Assembly: GCA_963707505.1 (NCBI GenBank)
Contig: CAVPQB010000004.1
Span: 512,001 to 576,000 of the forward strand
Reading direction: 5' to 3'
Length of the DNA: 64,000 bases
Source: an uncultured Gemmatimonadales bacterium
GTDB taxonomy: Bacteria > Gemmatimonadota > Gemmatimonadetes > Gemmatimonadales > Gemmatimonadaceae
Below are positions 9,257-19,270 of the stretch, piece after piece. A program made the position numbers and the translations under genes. Every line of letters starts with the position of its first letter. The first letter of the stretch is position 1. The notes beneath the pieces are model-generated. The model did no database searches. It was not told the origin of the DNA and was given only the letters and a program-made list of their open reading frames with translations.

Positions 9257-11575
9257 GTGACGACACTGGCATTCATACTTGCGGCAACGCTCGTCGCCCA
9301 GCAATATCAGCCCGAAATTCGATATGACTCGCTACGGGCTGAGCCGGTAATTCTTGAAGTACAGATCGGTACCGTTGCTACGGCAGTCGTCGCCGCGCGT
9401 CGCATCGGCGACGTAGCTCTGCTCCCAGTGGCCCCTGTACTCGCGCTGGCAGAGCTTCATCGAGCAGCTATGTCCCACGAATACTTGCCCACCGATTCGT
9501 TGGCGGTGATGCTCCACGCACCAATCATCGTCGACTGGGACGATCTCACCGCCACCATCGTCGATGATGGCGGATTGCCAGTAAGCCGCCGTGCTGCACG
9601 CGAGCGCAACCGCGCTCTGCTCAACGCTGACAAACAGGATCTACAGATGTCAGAGGCAATCACCAGATCAACGCCGCTGCTGCCGTCCAGCGTGATCGTG
9701 GACTACGACGCGGCGACATCCGGCATGAACGCCCTTGCGCAGACGAACATACACCTCGGCATTGGCGCCAACCTCCTCGGTGGTGCGCTCGACGTCGATG
9801 TGCTGAGTCCAGTGAATCACCATCCGGGAATTTCAGCCTGGCACTGGGATCGAGAGCTTGCCGGCAGCTCCTTTCTTCGCCATGCCCGCCTTGGACGGGT
9901 CGCTCCCGACCACGGCTCCGTGATCGCCGATGGAATATTCCTCTCCAGCCAGCCGGCCATCCACGACGACTCTCCGTCCGTTATACTCGCGGGCGCCCCT
10001 GGCCCCGGCTGGGACGTCGAAGCGTACCGCGACGACGTGCTCGTGTACTCCGGCCAGACGGATTCGACTGGCCGATACACCATCTCGATTCCGACCTCGC
10101 GTGGCTCCAATCGCCTTGCTGTTTCAGCGTACGGCACAGCAGGCGAACAACGTTCGGTGACTCGCTACGTGTCGGTCGCCGACAATGCGTTGCCCCCGCG
10201 CACCGGTGCGTACAACGTTGCGGTTGGTCGCTGTGCGATCACAAGCTGTGACTACGCCGCAGAATCGACGCTTGGATACGCACCGTTCCCGCGCCTTACG
10301 ACCGGCGCAGGTCTGCGCGTCGCGACAAGATCGCACCAGATGACGATCGAGCCATCGTTACTTCTGGCGACGCATCTGCGTGACGACCTCAACGCATCTT
10401 TCAGCTACGCGCGCGCAGCGACGAACGCCGACGTGCGCTATGCACCGTCCCCGATGTTCGACGCATCGATTACATATGCGAATACGCGGCTTACATCCGC
10501 GTCAGCGCTATTTCCCATCCGCCATTCCACCGCAACCGCGAGCGTGATCTGGCGCGTACCAGGAGCGCCATATGCCGCGAGCGCGACTCTCGCCGCCGCA
10601 GGCTACCGACTGACAGATACGCAGCGGCTGCACCTTTTCATGTCGCTGCCTCTTGGATCGCTGTATTTGCGTCCGTTCGTCGATGTTGGGCGCCAGTTCA
10701 ACACGGCGTCGACGTCACTCGGGCGAGGTCTGTTGGCGGAATCCCCGATCCCGGCACTGCTCCCGATCGGTAGCCGCGTCCGATCAGGATTTGCAACCGC
10801 CGGCGCCGGTGACAATTACATCACGATCTCCGCGCCATTCACCCGCTCGGGGCAACTCGAAATTGGAGTCGAGTGGCCGGCCAGTACGGCCGCGCCGCGC
10901 CTCACCGTCGCGCTCAACATGGTGACGCGTGCGGCCAGATATCAGTTGCGATCCACGGACGGATCCGATGCGTCGACCGTACAGTCATTGAGTGGCTCGC
11001 TCGTGGTCATGCCGAGCACGCACGTCGCCTCATTGTCGCCATCGCAGCTGCGAGGACGTGCCGGCATCGTCGGACTTCTGTTTCTGGATGAGAACGGCAA
11101 CGGCGTCCGGGACGCGACTGAGCCCACACTTCCGCATATCTCGATTTCGGCGGGCGACGTGCAGGTCGAAACCGATTCAGTGGGAGAGTATCAATTCAAT
11201 GACGTGGTCCCTTACGCAACGGTCGTGCTGAGTGTCGATTCGCTTGCCCTTCCATCGCCCGACATGACGGGGCACGCGGTGCGAGTGACGCCACTTCCCA
11301 ACGGCATCACTCGCGTGGATCTCCCCATCACGACGCGTCAGCGCTCACGCCTTCTGTCGAGTTCCTGCTGCGGAATCGACGGACTCTCCCAGGACACGCA
11401 GCGCAGCGACCCGCCGCCCATCCATGGCGACTACCTCGAGCCCGGCGTTCGGGATCCGAACCCTGTCACCGACCCGAGGGAGCCGCCCCAGGCGCGCGAA
11501 TACATACCCGCCCAGTGTGGACCAGTCTCCGTCGGGGATTTCCAGCTCGTAATCCGACCGTGCATCGATGAGTGA
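9257..11575 (+). CDS. Exported usher-like / SdrD-B-domain outer-membrane protein
   Basis: Signal-like N-terminus from GTG 9257; GWDVEAY..GRY..G-x-N..YG segment resembling CS1-type usher plug regions; GLLFLDENGNGVRD SdrD-B-like C-terminus; start and 3' end uncertain. Confidence 0.6.
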   Translation: MTTLAFILAATLVAQQYQPEIRYDSLRAEPVILEVQIGTVATAVVAARRIGDVALLPVAPVLALAELHRAAMSHEYLPTDSLAVMLHAPIIVDWDDLTATIVDDGGLPVSRRAARERNRALLNADKQDLQMSEAITRSTPLLPSSVIVDYDAATSGMNALAQTNIHLGIGANLLGGALDVDVLSPVNHHPGISAWHWDRELAGSSFLRHARLGRVAPDHGSVIADGIFLSSQPAIHDDSPSVILAGAPGPGWDVEAYRDDVLVYSGQTDSTGRYTISIPTSRGSNRLAVSAYGTAGEQRSVTRYVSVADNALPPRTGAYNVAVGRCAITSCDYAAESTLGYAPFPRLTTGAGLRVATRSHQMTIEPSLLLATHLRDDLNASFSYARAATNADVRYAPSPMFDASITYANTRLTSASALFPIRHSTATASVIWRVPGAPYAASATLAAAGYRLTDTQRLHLFMSLPLGSLYLRPFVDVGRQFNTASTSLGRGLLAESPIPALLPIGSRVRSGFATAGAGDNYITISAPFTRSGQLEIGVEWPASTAAPRLTVALNMVTRAARYQLRSTDGSDASTVQSLSGSLVVMPSTHVASLSPSQLRGRAGIVGLLFLDENGNGVRDATEPTLPHISISAGDVQVETDSVGEYQFNDVVPYATVVLSVDSLALPSPDMTGHAVRVTPLPNGITRVDLPITTRQRSRLLSSSCCGIDGLSQDTQRSDPPPIHGDYLEPGVRDPNPVTDPREPPQAREYIPAQCGPVSVGDFQLVIRPCIDE

Positions 11576-12562
11576 CAGCGTACCGGCCAGCTCGAGCACA
11601 CCGTCCATCTCCAGCGACGTCCGCGCAGCCATGTCGTACTCGTCGGTTATGTCGCCCATCACCTCTTCGACCAGATCTTCGATGGTGATGATGCCGGCGG
11701 TCCCACCGTACTCGTCGATGACCACCGCCATGTACGCGCGCGTTCGTCGGAGATCGTCCAGCACCCGCTCAGCTGCTCGGCTGTCGGGAACGTACAGCGC
11801 CTCCCGCATCACCTCCGAAAGCTTGAACGGCGAGCTCTCGTCACGAAGCCACAGATCCTTTGCGAGAAACACGCCGACTATGTCATCCAGAGTTTCGCGA
11901 TACACCGGGTATCGCGAGTACCGCTCAGTGCGCAACACGTGCAGCACTTCCTCGGATGTCGAATCGATGTCTATCGCGACCACATCGGTCCGTGGCCGCA
12001 TCACGTCGTGCGCGCGCTTCTGCTTGAAGTCGAAGACGCCCGCAAGCATCGCTCGCTCCGATTCGTTGAGCTCACCATGCGCGTGCGAATGCATCACGAG
12101 TGTCCTCAGCTCGTCCGGCGAGTGCGCCGGAACCTCGTTCTCGACCACCGCGTGCATTCCGAACGCGCGTGCGACGAGACTGGCGATCGAGTTGACGATT
12201 ATTACGAAGGGCGTGAGGATCTGGCCGATGAGCCGCACCACCGGTACCGCATATTTGCGGGCGGTATCTGGGTGCTCCCTGGCTACGGCCCTCGGCACCA
12301 GCTCGCCAACTACTATATGGAGAAGGACAGCGAGGGCGAACCAGCTTGCCCCGCCCACCACGCCCAGCCCCACGGCGCTGAGCGAGCTTCCTATTCGAGC
12401 GGCGGTGGTCGGTGCAGATCGTCCGTCCTCGTCTTCGATCGGAATGCTCAAGGCGGCTTCAGCGGCCGCGAAGATTGCGCTCACCGCGACGAGCACGACG
12501 ATCCAGATCAGCCTTGTCGCCAAGGTGCCAGCCCAACTATGGTCTTGTAAGTCTGTCGGCAT
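11345..12562 (-). CDS. Hemolysin-family CNNM/CBS/CorC protein (metal transport-related)
   Basis: HIVVGELVPR, VMRPRTD, YSRYPVY, VIDEYGGTAGIITIEDLVEE and STLGGY motifs. Confidence 0.92.
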   Translation of the reverse strand: MPTDLQDHSWAGTLATRLIWIVVLVAVSAIFAAAEAALSIPIEDEDGRSAPTTAARIGSSLSAVGLGVVGGASWFALAVLLHIVVGELVPRAVAREHPDTARKYAVPVVRLIGQILTPFVIIVNSIASLVARAFGMHAVVENEVPAHSPDELRTLVMHSHAHGELNESERAMLAGVFDFKQKRAHDVMRPRTDVVAIDIDSTSEEVLHVLRTERYSRYPVYRETLDDIVGVFLAKDLWLRDESSPFKLSEVMREALYVPDSRAAERVLDDLRRTRAYMAVVIDEYGGTAGIITIEDLVEEVMGDITDEYDMAARTSLEMDGVLELAGTLSLIDARSDYELEIPDGDWSTLGGYVFARLGRLPRVGDRVRIPNAGLEVVAMDGRRVAALRVLGESVDSAAGTRQKA

Positions 12563-12758
12563 TCCGTCTCTAAATCTACCGGAACAGCGCTCGGTCCGGC
12601 CGAAGCCGATACTCGAACGCCCGTTCTAATGGCGTCGGTCCCCCGGAACCGGGAACCAATGTTATCCATGGTCGCACCTACGAAGCCGGACCCTGCCACG
12701 GGACGCAACCGCCGCGATTCGTTGCACCAGCCAGTCCCCATCGTCAAACTATTGCAAA

Positions 12759-14096
12759 ATGCAATACCGCACTCCGCAATCCATCGCTGCGATATCGGCC
12801 TCGCACCCGACACAGATCCCCGCTCGCCGGATTCTCTGGTGGCTCTATGTCGCGCGCCTGGCTGCGGCGGGCTCTGTTTACGTCGCTGCGGTCTATTCAT
12901 GGCAGTACGCCTCCCGCGCCGATACACTGTTGGCATCGCTCATCTTCGCGGCCACGATGCTGTTCACGGGGCTGTCCGCCCTCTACACCCATGTCTATCG
13001 CCGGTCGATCGCGATCGCTGTCCTCTATTCCCAAGCCATCTTCGACGTCGTGCTCGTCACGGCGATGGTGCACCTGACGTGGCAATCGACCTCGTCTCAA
13101 TTCGCTCCGCTCTACATCCTGGTCATCGCCATAAGCGCGCTGCTCCTGCCAGCGCGCGGCGTCACACTGATTTCGGCCCTCGCAATCCTGCTGTATGCTG
13201 GAGAGGGAGTTCTGGTTCAGGGCGCCACGGTGGGAATCGGCGTCCTTCTTCAGTTGACCATATTTGCCGTCGTGGCGCTTGGGAGCGGGTACATCGCCTC
13301 TCGGTTGCGCGCCCAGAGTGCCGGCACTGAAGCTATGGCCGAGGAGCTCGCTCGTTTCCGTCTGCACCAGGGAGAAGTGGAGCGCCTTCATCTGCGCGCG
13401 GAGCGTCTCGAAGCGGTCGCCGAGCTCGGCGCCTCGATGGCACATGAGATCAAGAATCCGCTTGCTTCGATCAGAAGCGCCGTCGAGCAGTTGGGATTGT
13501 CCGCCAAGACCTCCAGCGACGACCGTGTTCTTACATCGCTCGTCGTGCGCGAGTCCGACCGACTCGCCAGGCTGCTTACCGGCTTCCTCGATTTCGCCCG
13601 CGTCGACGTCCCGTTCACTCGCCGCCTCGATCTGCTGAGCGTCGTGCGCAACGCCGCCGAGCTCGCGTCATCTCATCCGTCGCGCCCGCAGGGAACCAGA
13701 ATCGAGTGCGATTTCCCTCGCACCTCGATGGAAGTAAGCGGTGACGAGGACATGCTGCACCGCGCCTTCTTCAACCTGGTACTGAACGCCCTGCAGGCAT
13801 CGCCCGCTGATGGAGTGGTGCGTATCGAGGCCGCGACATTGCTTCCCCAGCAGCTCGATTGGCGCGCCGCTGCTTTCGAGAGCGGCGCGATCGCCGTGCG
13901 TGTCATCGATTCGGGTCCTGGAATCAGCGAGGTCGCACGTCCCAAGCTATTCCATCCGTTCTTCACCACCAAGCCGGGCGGAAGCGGGCTCGGACTCGCG
14001 ATCGTGCATCGCGCCGTTGAGGCGCACCACGGAGTTGTAGTGGTCGATAGTGATACTCGCGGATCACGGTTCACCGTCCTATTCCCACGCACATGA
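12759..14096 (+). CDS. pilS: PilS-like membrane sensor histidine kinase
   Basis: About 6 TM helices, AHEIKNPL H-box, NLVLNA, DSGPG and PFFTTK..GSGLGL; adjacent to pilR and pilA. Confidence 0.85.
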   Translation: MQYRTPQSIAAISASHPTQIPARRILWWLYVARLAAAGSVYVAAVYSWQYASRADTLLASLIFAATMLFTGLSALYTHVYRRSIAIAVLYSQAIFDVVLVTAMVHLTWQSTSSQFAPLYILVIAISALLLPARGVTLISALAILLYAGEGVLVQGATVGIGVLLQLTIFAVVALGSGYIASRLRAQSAGTEAMAEELARFRLHQGEVERLHLRAERLEAVAELGASMAHEIKNPLASIRSAVEQLGLSAKTSSDDRVLTSLVVRESDRLARLLTGFLDFARVDVPFTRRLDLLSVVRNAAELASSHPSRPQGTRIECDFPRTSMEVSGDEDMLHRAFFNLVLNALQASPADGVVRIEAATLLPQQLDWRAAAFESGAIAVRVIDSGPGISEVARPKLFHPFFTTKPGGSGLGLAIVHRAVEAHHGVVVVDSDTRGSRFTVLFPRT

Positions 14097-15451
14097 CACC
14101 TCCTGCGCCAACGAGAGCACCCAGCGTACTGATCATCGACGATGAGCAGGGCATCCTGGACGTCATTCGAATCCTGCTCACCAACAACGGCTTCGCGGCG
14201 CACACAGCTCACGGCGGCCGGGCTGGCATCGAGCAGATCCGGGCGATCGAGCCGGACATCGTCATCAGCGACATACGCATGCCCGACGTGAGTGGCGCGG
14301 ATGTGCTGTCAGCTGCGCGTGCTGCCAATCCCGAAACACCGGTGATTCTCATGACCGCACAGGCGACGTTGCAGTCCGCCATGCACGCGGTGAACGAGGG
14401 CGCGTTCTACTATATACAGAAGCCGTTCCGCAACGACGAGCTCCTGGCGATAGTGCATCGAGCCGCCGAGCATCGTGCGCTGCGTGTGGAGAACCGCACG
14501 CTGCGCCAGGAGATTCGCAAGCGCGACCGCGAGAATTCGCCCATTGGACAGAGTGCCAACTGGCTATCTGTGCTTCAGCTCGCCGCGACCGTCGCACCCA
14601 CCGATTCGACGGTGCTGCTGCAAGGTGAATCCGGTACCGGTAAGGAAGTCGTCGCGCGCTACATCCACGAGATGTCGGGCCGCACCGCCAAGCCATTTCT
14701 CTCGGTGAACTGCGGCGCGCTTCCGGAGAGTCTGCTGGAAAGCGAGCTGTTCGGACACGTGAAGGGATCCTTCACCGGCGCGGTGAAGGACAAGACAGGT
14801 CTCATTGCGGCAGCGATGGGTGGCACTTTCTTTCTCGATGAAGTTGGCGAGATGACCCCCGCTACGCAGGTGAAGCTGTTGCGCACGCTGCAACAGCGCG
14901 AAGTGCTCCCCGTCGGCGCAACCGAAGCAATTCCTGTCGATGCGCGCGTAATAGCTGCCACCAATCGCGATCTCGAGCGCGACGTCAAGACGGGACAGTT
15001 TCGAAGCGATCTGTATTACCGGCTCAACGTGATAGCGATTCATCTTCCGCCGTTACGTCAGAGAAGGGAAGACATCCCGCTACTGGTCGAAGCCTTTCTC
15101 ACGCGCGCCAAGGATCGCAACAAGTCTGTAAGCGCGGAAGCGATGAGCGCGATGTGCGAGTACGACTGGCCGGGAAACGTGCGCGAGCTGGAGAATGCAT
15201 TGGAGCGAGCGTCCATCGTCACGAGCGGTGCTGTGATCACACCGGACGCCTTACCCGAGCGCGTTACGAGCAAGTCCGGCGAGCATCTTGTACGGGATGC
15301 GGAGCGACTTGACCCGACTCTGGACGTGATCGAGCGTGCCTATATCAAGTGGGTGCTGGAGACGAACGGCGGCAACAAGACCCGCGCCGCCGAGGTGCTG
15401 GGCATCGATCCGTCCACGCTGCACCGGAAGCTGCAGAAGATGGAGGGGTGA
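14093..15451 (+). CDS. pilR: PilR/NtrC-like sigma54-dependent response regulator
   Basis: Receiver (IDDE, SDIRMP), [22 protein letters not shown] and Fis-type HTH. Confidence 0.88.
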   Translation: MTPPAPTRAPSVLIIDDEQGILDVIRILLTNNGFAAHTAHGGRAGIEQIRAIEPDIVISDIRMPDVSGADVLSAARAANPETPVILMTAQATLQSAMHAVNEGAFYYIQKPFRNDELLAIVHRAAEHRALRVENRTLRQEIRKRDRENSPIGQSANWLSVLQLAATVAPTDSTVLLQGESGTGKEVVARYIHEMSGRTAKPFLSVNCGALPESLLESELFGHVKGSFTGAVKDKTGLIAAAMGGTFFLDEVGEMTPATQVKLLRTLQQREVLPVGATEAIPVDARVIAATNRDLERDVKTGQFRSDLYYRLNVIAIHLPPLRQRREDIPLLVEAFLTRAKDRNKSVSAEAMSAMCEYDWPGNVRELENALERASIVTSGAVITPDALPERVTSKSGEHLVRDAERLDPTLDVIERAYIKWVLETNGGNKTRAAEVLGIDPSTLHRKLQKMEG

Positions 15452-15586
15452 GCATAGCCACTGTAAAGGATTGCGACATTGCGAAACGCCAGAGAGATTG
15501 CAGAATGCGCCGGCACATTGCCTCGTCAGACGTTTACTAAACTTCGCAACTGCTTTGACGATAATGAGTTACAACGCGGTCACGAG

Positions 15587-15603
15587 TTGGCGCGACCGTT
15601 GCC
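15587..15603 (+). promoter_or_regulatory. Sigma54 promoter of pilA
   Basis: TTGGCGCGACCGTTGCC closely matches YTGGCACGRNNNTTGCW; TTGC-repeat UAS-like sites at about 15470-15520; RBS AGGAG. Confidence 0.85.
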
Positions 15604-15661
15604 ATTACGCTGCCCGATCACCGCAGCAGCGGCATCCCACGACTCCTTAGGAGATTGATTA

Positions 15662-16072
15662 ATGAAGCGCAACGTGAAAGGATTTACCCTCATCGAGCTT
15701 TTGATCGTCGTCGTCATCATCGGCATCCTGGCCGCGATCGCGATCCCGAAGTTCGCAGCAACGAAAGAGCGCGCATACGTCGCGTCGATGAAGACGGACC
15801 TCAAGAACCTCGCGACGGCTGAAGAGGGCTTTGCATCCGCCAATAACGGCGCCTACTTCACGCACACGTTCGCCGCACCGAGTGACACGACGAACGGCTT
15901 CTCGCCGTCGACCGGTAACACCATCGCCGCGACGCTCGAGGCTGGCCCTCCGACCGCGTGGCATGCACTCGCAACGAGCACCCAGACCAGCCAGCAGTGC
16001 GGTATGCACACAGGTAACACACCTGGCCTCGCTGGCGCTGACACCGTCGCCGGCGCACCGGCTTGTAAGTAA
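15662..16072 (+). CDS. pilA: Type IV major pilin
   Basis: KG/FTLIELLIVVVIIGILAAIAIP class III signal with E5; C-terminal Cys pair. Confidence 0.95.
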   Translation: MKRNVKGFTLIELLIVVVIIGILAAIAIPKFAATKERAYVASMKTDLKNLATAEEGFASANNGAYFTHTFAAPSDTTNGFSPSTGNTIAATLEAGPPTAWHALATSTQTSQQCGMHTGNTPGLAGADTVAGAPACK

Positions 16073-16090
16073 AGACGGTTAGCGACTCAG

Positions 16091-16130
16091 ACAAAAGAAC
16101 GGCGGCCCCAGCGGTCGCCGTTCTTTTGTT
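16091..16130. terminator. Intrinsic terminator after pilA (bidirectional form)
   Basis: ACAAAAGAACGGCGGCC-CCAGC-GGTCGCCGTTCTTTTGT stem-loop with T-tract. Confidence 0.9.
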
Positions 16131-16266
16131 GGTGTAGATCGACCACACGCGAAGCCGGGTCGAGGTACCAATGTTTAGTCGGCGGCATGCCATGGCGTCG
16201 TGATGTGGTTCTCGTGCAGTGTTTCGGATTAGCGTCCTGATCTGCCATCGGTTGTATCGTCGGGGC

Positions 16267-16623
16267 ATGAAAATCTGCCACGTGCGGGCGCCCCGCGGTT
16301 TCGTCCTCATCGAAGCTCTGATAGCTCTTGTCCTGGTTGGCGTCGTCTTCCTTGGACTCGAAGGGTCGCTGACTCTCGTCGTTCGTAGCCTCGCCGACTC
16401 TGAACGACAGACCGTCGCGACGCGGATCGCCGAATCGCAACGCGAGCATGCGTTCGCGGCTGGCTGCGTCGCTGGATCTGGCTCGGACTCCGCGAATGCC
16501 GTAGCGGCGGATTGGTCCGCATCACCCACAGGATCGCTCGTTCAGGTTACCCAGACTGTTCGCTATCCTCAAAGGTCCGGCGCGCGTGTCGAACACTACA
16601 CCGCGACCAGCGTCTGCCGGTGA
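16267..16623 (+). CDS. PilV-like minor pilin
   Basis: RG/FVLIEALIALVLVGV prepilin signal. Confidence 0.75.
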   Translation: MKICHVRAPRGFVLIEALIALVLVGVVFLGLEGSLTLVVRSLADSERQTVATRIAESQREHAFAAGCVAGSGSDSANAVAADWSASPTGSLVQVTQTVRYPQRSGARVEHYTATSVCR

Positions 16624-16712
16624 CGTTACAGTTGCACGACGTCGCGAGGAAATGACGCCGGCCGGTCTCTTCGGCTTTATCCATCTGCTTGGGCCGGTAG
16701 TACTGTATCGGC

Positions 16713-17678
16713 ATGTCGCACCCAGCTCGAGCAGGCCACGCGCACCCAGGCTCGCCATTTCCGCCGGCGTGTACGCCGTTGTCACACGCGCGCCGCGCGG
16801 TATCGCTCGTCGAGCTTCTGATAGGGATCGTCGTTGCAACGCTCGTCGTCCTGATGGCTGTCTCACACGTGGTTCGCCATCAACGCGCCTACGACGCCGT
16901 GGCAGCCGCCGTCGACTTGCGCACCCGGCTCCGTGACGCATCCGATCTGGTCGCCGCCGACCTGCGCGGCAGCTCGTCAGCGGGCGACAGTATCCTTTTC
17001 GCGTCCGACACCGCCGTCGAATTCTATTCCGCGATCGGGTCATCGACGGTTTGCACAGCTCCCACCGCCGCGCGAATTACCTTGCCACCCGACACTCTCG
17101 CGAGCGGCCGCACGCTCTCGAGCTGGATCACCACACCCGATACAGGTGACTACGCGGTCATCTTCAGCGACTCGTCATCCGCGTCGCCTGGCGGCTGGAC
17201 GCGTGCACGCATCGCTTCGTTCGGACCCACGCCGACATTCACAGGATGCCCGCTTTCAGCAGGCCTACTCTCGGCAAGCGACGTCGGGGCAGGCCGCTCA
17301 TACGAGATATCCTTCACTTCGGCACTAGCCGCTAGCGTGCACCGTGGAGATCCAGTGCGCTTTGTCCGGCGCGTCCGCTACGACGTTTATCGAGGCGGCG
17401 ACGGTAAGTGGTATCTGGGTTATCGTCGATGCACCGGCGGATGCGCACCGGTCCAACCGGTGAGTGGTCCATACGAAAGCTCTGTGGGGCCACCCATCAG
17501 GTTCCGATATTTCGGACGCGGTGGCGCCAGTCTCGCCGGCACCGGCCCTACAACCGATGTCGCGCGAGTCGAGATTGTCTCGCGTGCGAGGTACCAGCGC
17601 CCGGTTCGGTTGCCCGGACTTGCTGCGCCACTGGTTGCCGATTCGGCGACTGTCACCGTTGCCATCCGCAATAGATGA
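16713..17678 (+). CDS. PilW-like minor pilin
   Basis: RRA/VSLVELLIGIVV prepilin-like signal, ADLR motif and C-terminal VTVAIRN. Confidence 0.75.
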   Translation: MSHPARAGHAHPGSPFPPACTPLSHARRAVSLVELLIGIVVATLVVLMAVSHVVRHQRAYDAVAAAVDLRTRLRDASDLVAADLRGSSSAGDSILFASDTAVEFYSAIGSSTVCTAPTAARITLPPDTLASGRTLSSWITTPDTGDYAVIFSDSSSASPGGWTRARIASFGPTPTFTGCPLSAGLLSASDVGAGRSYEISFTSALAASVHRGDPVRFVRRVRYDVYRGGDGKWYLGYRRCTGGCAPVQPVSGPYESSVGPPIRFRYFGRGGASLAGTGPTTDVARVEIVSRARYQRPVRLPGLAAPLVADSATVTVAIRNR

Positions 17679-18136
17679 CGATCAGGAATATCGTGACAGT
17701 GAGACCGGATCGGCGCGGGTTCGCTCTCGTCGTCGTACTACTCATGATGATACTCGGCAGCGCGCTCATGTTCGGTGCGATCAACGGTTCACTTTCCGAG
17801 ACGGAAAGTGCGAGCGCCGGAACGATACGGCGCCAGGTTCTGGTCGGTGCGGAGTCCGAAGCGTGGAACGCGCTGGCCAGCGCCGACGTTCGCACCCTGC
17901 GCCACCTCCCGCTCGGACCCGTTGGAGCCGCCAGTCGCAGCGATGGAAACATTGTGCTCAACGCAACAGTGGAAAAGGTCGATACTTCGATCGTGTGGAT
18001 AGTCGCGACAGCGACAATTCACGGGGGAAGCCTGGTAGCCCGTCATCGGATTGGCATTACCGCGCTGATCCCACACGATACCACCGATCTCTCGCTTCAC
18101 CCGGTACCGGAACGAGCCTGGGTGGAGCTGTTCTGA
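17675..18136 (+). CDS. PilX-like minor pilin
   Basis: RRG/FALVVVLL signal lacking E5, as in PilX/GspK; ATGA-coupled to the upstream gene. Confidence 0.72.
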   Translation: MTIRNIVTVRPDRRGFALVVVLLMMILGSALMFGAINGSLSETESASAGTIRRQVLVGAESEAWNALASADVRTLRHLPLGPVGAASRSDGNIVLNATVEKVDTSIVWIVATATIHGGSLVARHRIGITALIPHDTTDLSLHPVPERAWVELF

Positions 18137-18223
18137 AAACGTGACCTTTTGGGCCGACCAGTCGTATTGACCTCGATAAGAGTTGCGTAACGGACTTCCC
18201 GTCCGAACTCAAGATGGAGTCGC

Positions 18224-19270
18224 ATGTCCTTTTTCGGCCGCAGTAAGACAACGGTTGGACTCGACATCGGCTCTGGACTCATCAAGGTCGTGGTCATGGA
18301 TCACGCCCGCGGAGTTCCGGAGCTGGTGAAGGTTGCCGTTGCACCGCTTCTTCCGGACGCAATAGTCGAAGGAGAGGTGATGGATCCACGACTCGTGTCG
18401 GATGCGATCCAGGAAGCAATGGAAAGGGCGGGCGTCAAGGCGACTCAAGTCGTCACAGCTGTCGGCGGACGCGACGTCATCATCAAGCGCATCCAGACCG
18501 AGCGTGTCAAGGAGCAACAGGCGCGCGAACTGATGCGATGGGAAGCTGAACAGCACGTCCCGGACGTCGAATCGGTTGAGCTTGATTTTCAGGTTCTCGA
18601 CGATGACGAGGGTTCAAATCCCGAAGAGATGAGCGTGCTGCTCGTCGCGGCCAAGCGGGAGCTGGTGGACGCAAAGCTCCGTATTCTCGCCGAGGCCGGG
18701 CTTACCCCAAGTTTGGTGGATGTAGACGCGTTTGCGTTGCATAATGCGTTCGAGCTGAACCATCCCGAAGCGATGCGCGGCGCTGTGGCGCTGGTAAACG
18801 TTGGCAACGAAATAACGAACGTCAATGTTCTGGACAACGGCGTGCCGATTCTCACGCGCGACCTCGCTGTCGGGACTCGTCGTTTTCAGGAAGATCTTCA
18901 ACGCCATCACGGACTCGCAGCGGACGACGCAGAGCGCATGGTGCGTGGCTACGATCGTACCACACAGCTCGACGCCGTTCTCGAAGCTCGCGGCGAAGAA
19001 ATAGCCGTCGGTGTCGAGCGGGCAGCGGCGTTCCTGGCCGCATCGGCTCGCGGCGCGCCGCAGGTTCGTGCGATCTATATCTGCGGCGGCGGGTCTCGCG
19101 TTCCGGGTCTCGCCGACGTGCTGGGGCAGCGGCTTCACCTCAAGGTCGAGTACGCAAACCCACTCGCGAATCTCCACGTGCGCGACGGTGCGCTTTCCGA
19201 GTTCACCATGGACGAGATTGCGCCGCTCCTAATGCTTCCCGTGGGGCTCGGCCTCCGCAAGGCATCATGA
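18224..19270 (+). CDS. pilM: Type IV pilus assembly protein PilM
   Basis: VGLDIGSGLIK actin-like fold, LDFQ, VLLVAAK and ICGGGS. Confidence 0.95.
   Translation: MSFFGRSKTTVGLDIGSGLIKVVVMDHARGVPELVKVAVAPLLPDAIVEGEVMDPRLVSDAIQEAMERAGVKATQVVTAVGGRDVIIKRIQTERVKEQQARELMRWEAEQHVPDVESVELDFQVLDDDEGSNPEEMSVLLVAAKRELVDAKLRILAEAGLTPSLVDVDAFALHNAFELNHPEAMRGAVALVNVGNEITNVNVLDNGVPILTRDLAVGTRRFQEDLQRHHGLAADDAERMVRGYDRTTQLDAVLEARGEEIAVGVERAAAFLAASARGAPQVRAIYICGGGSRVPGLADVLGQRLHLKVEYANPLANLHVRDGALSEFTMDEIAPLLMLPVGLGLRKAS

Noticed and set aside
11345..12562. Hemolysin toxin
   Set aside because: Motifs are CNNM/CBS/CorC, a metal-homeostasis family; the name is historical
15662..16072. Conductive e-pilin, given N-terminal similarity to Geobacter PilA
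   Set aside because: Full-length pilin with a C-terminal disulfide head, Thr at position 27 instead of Tyr, and only 9 F/Y/W in about 129 mature residues
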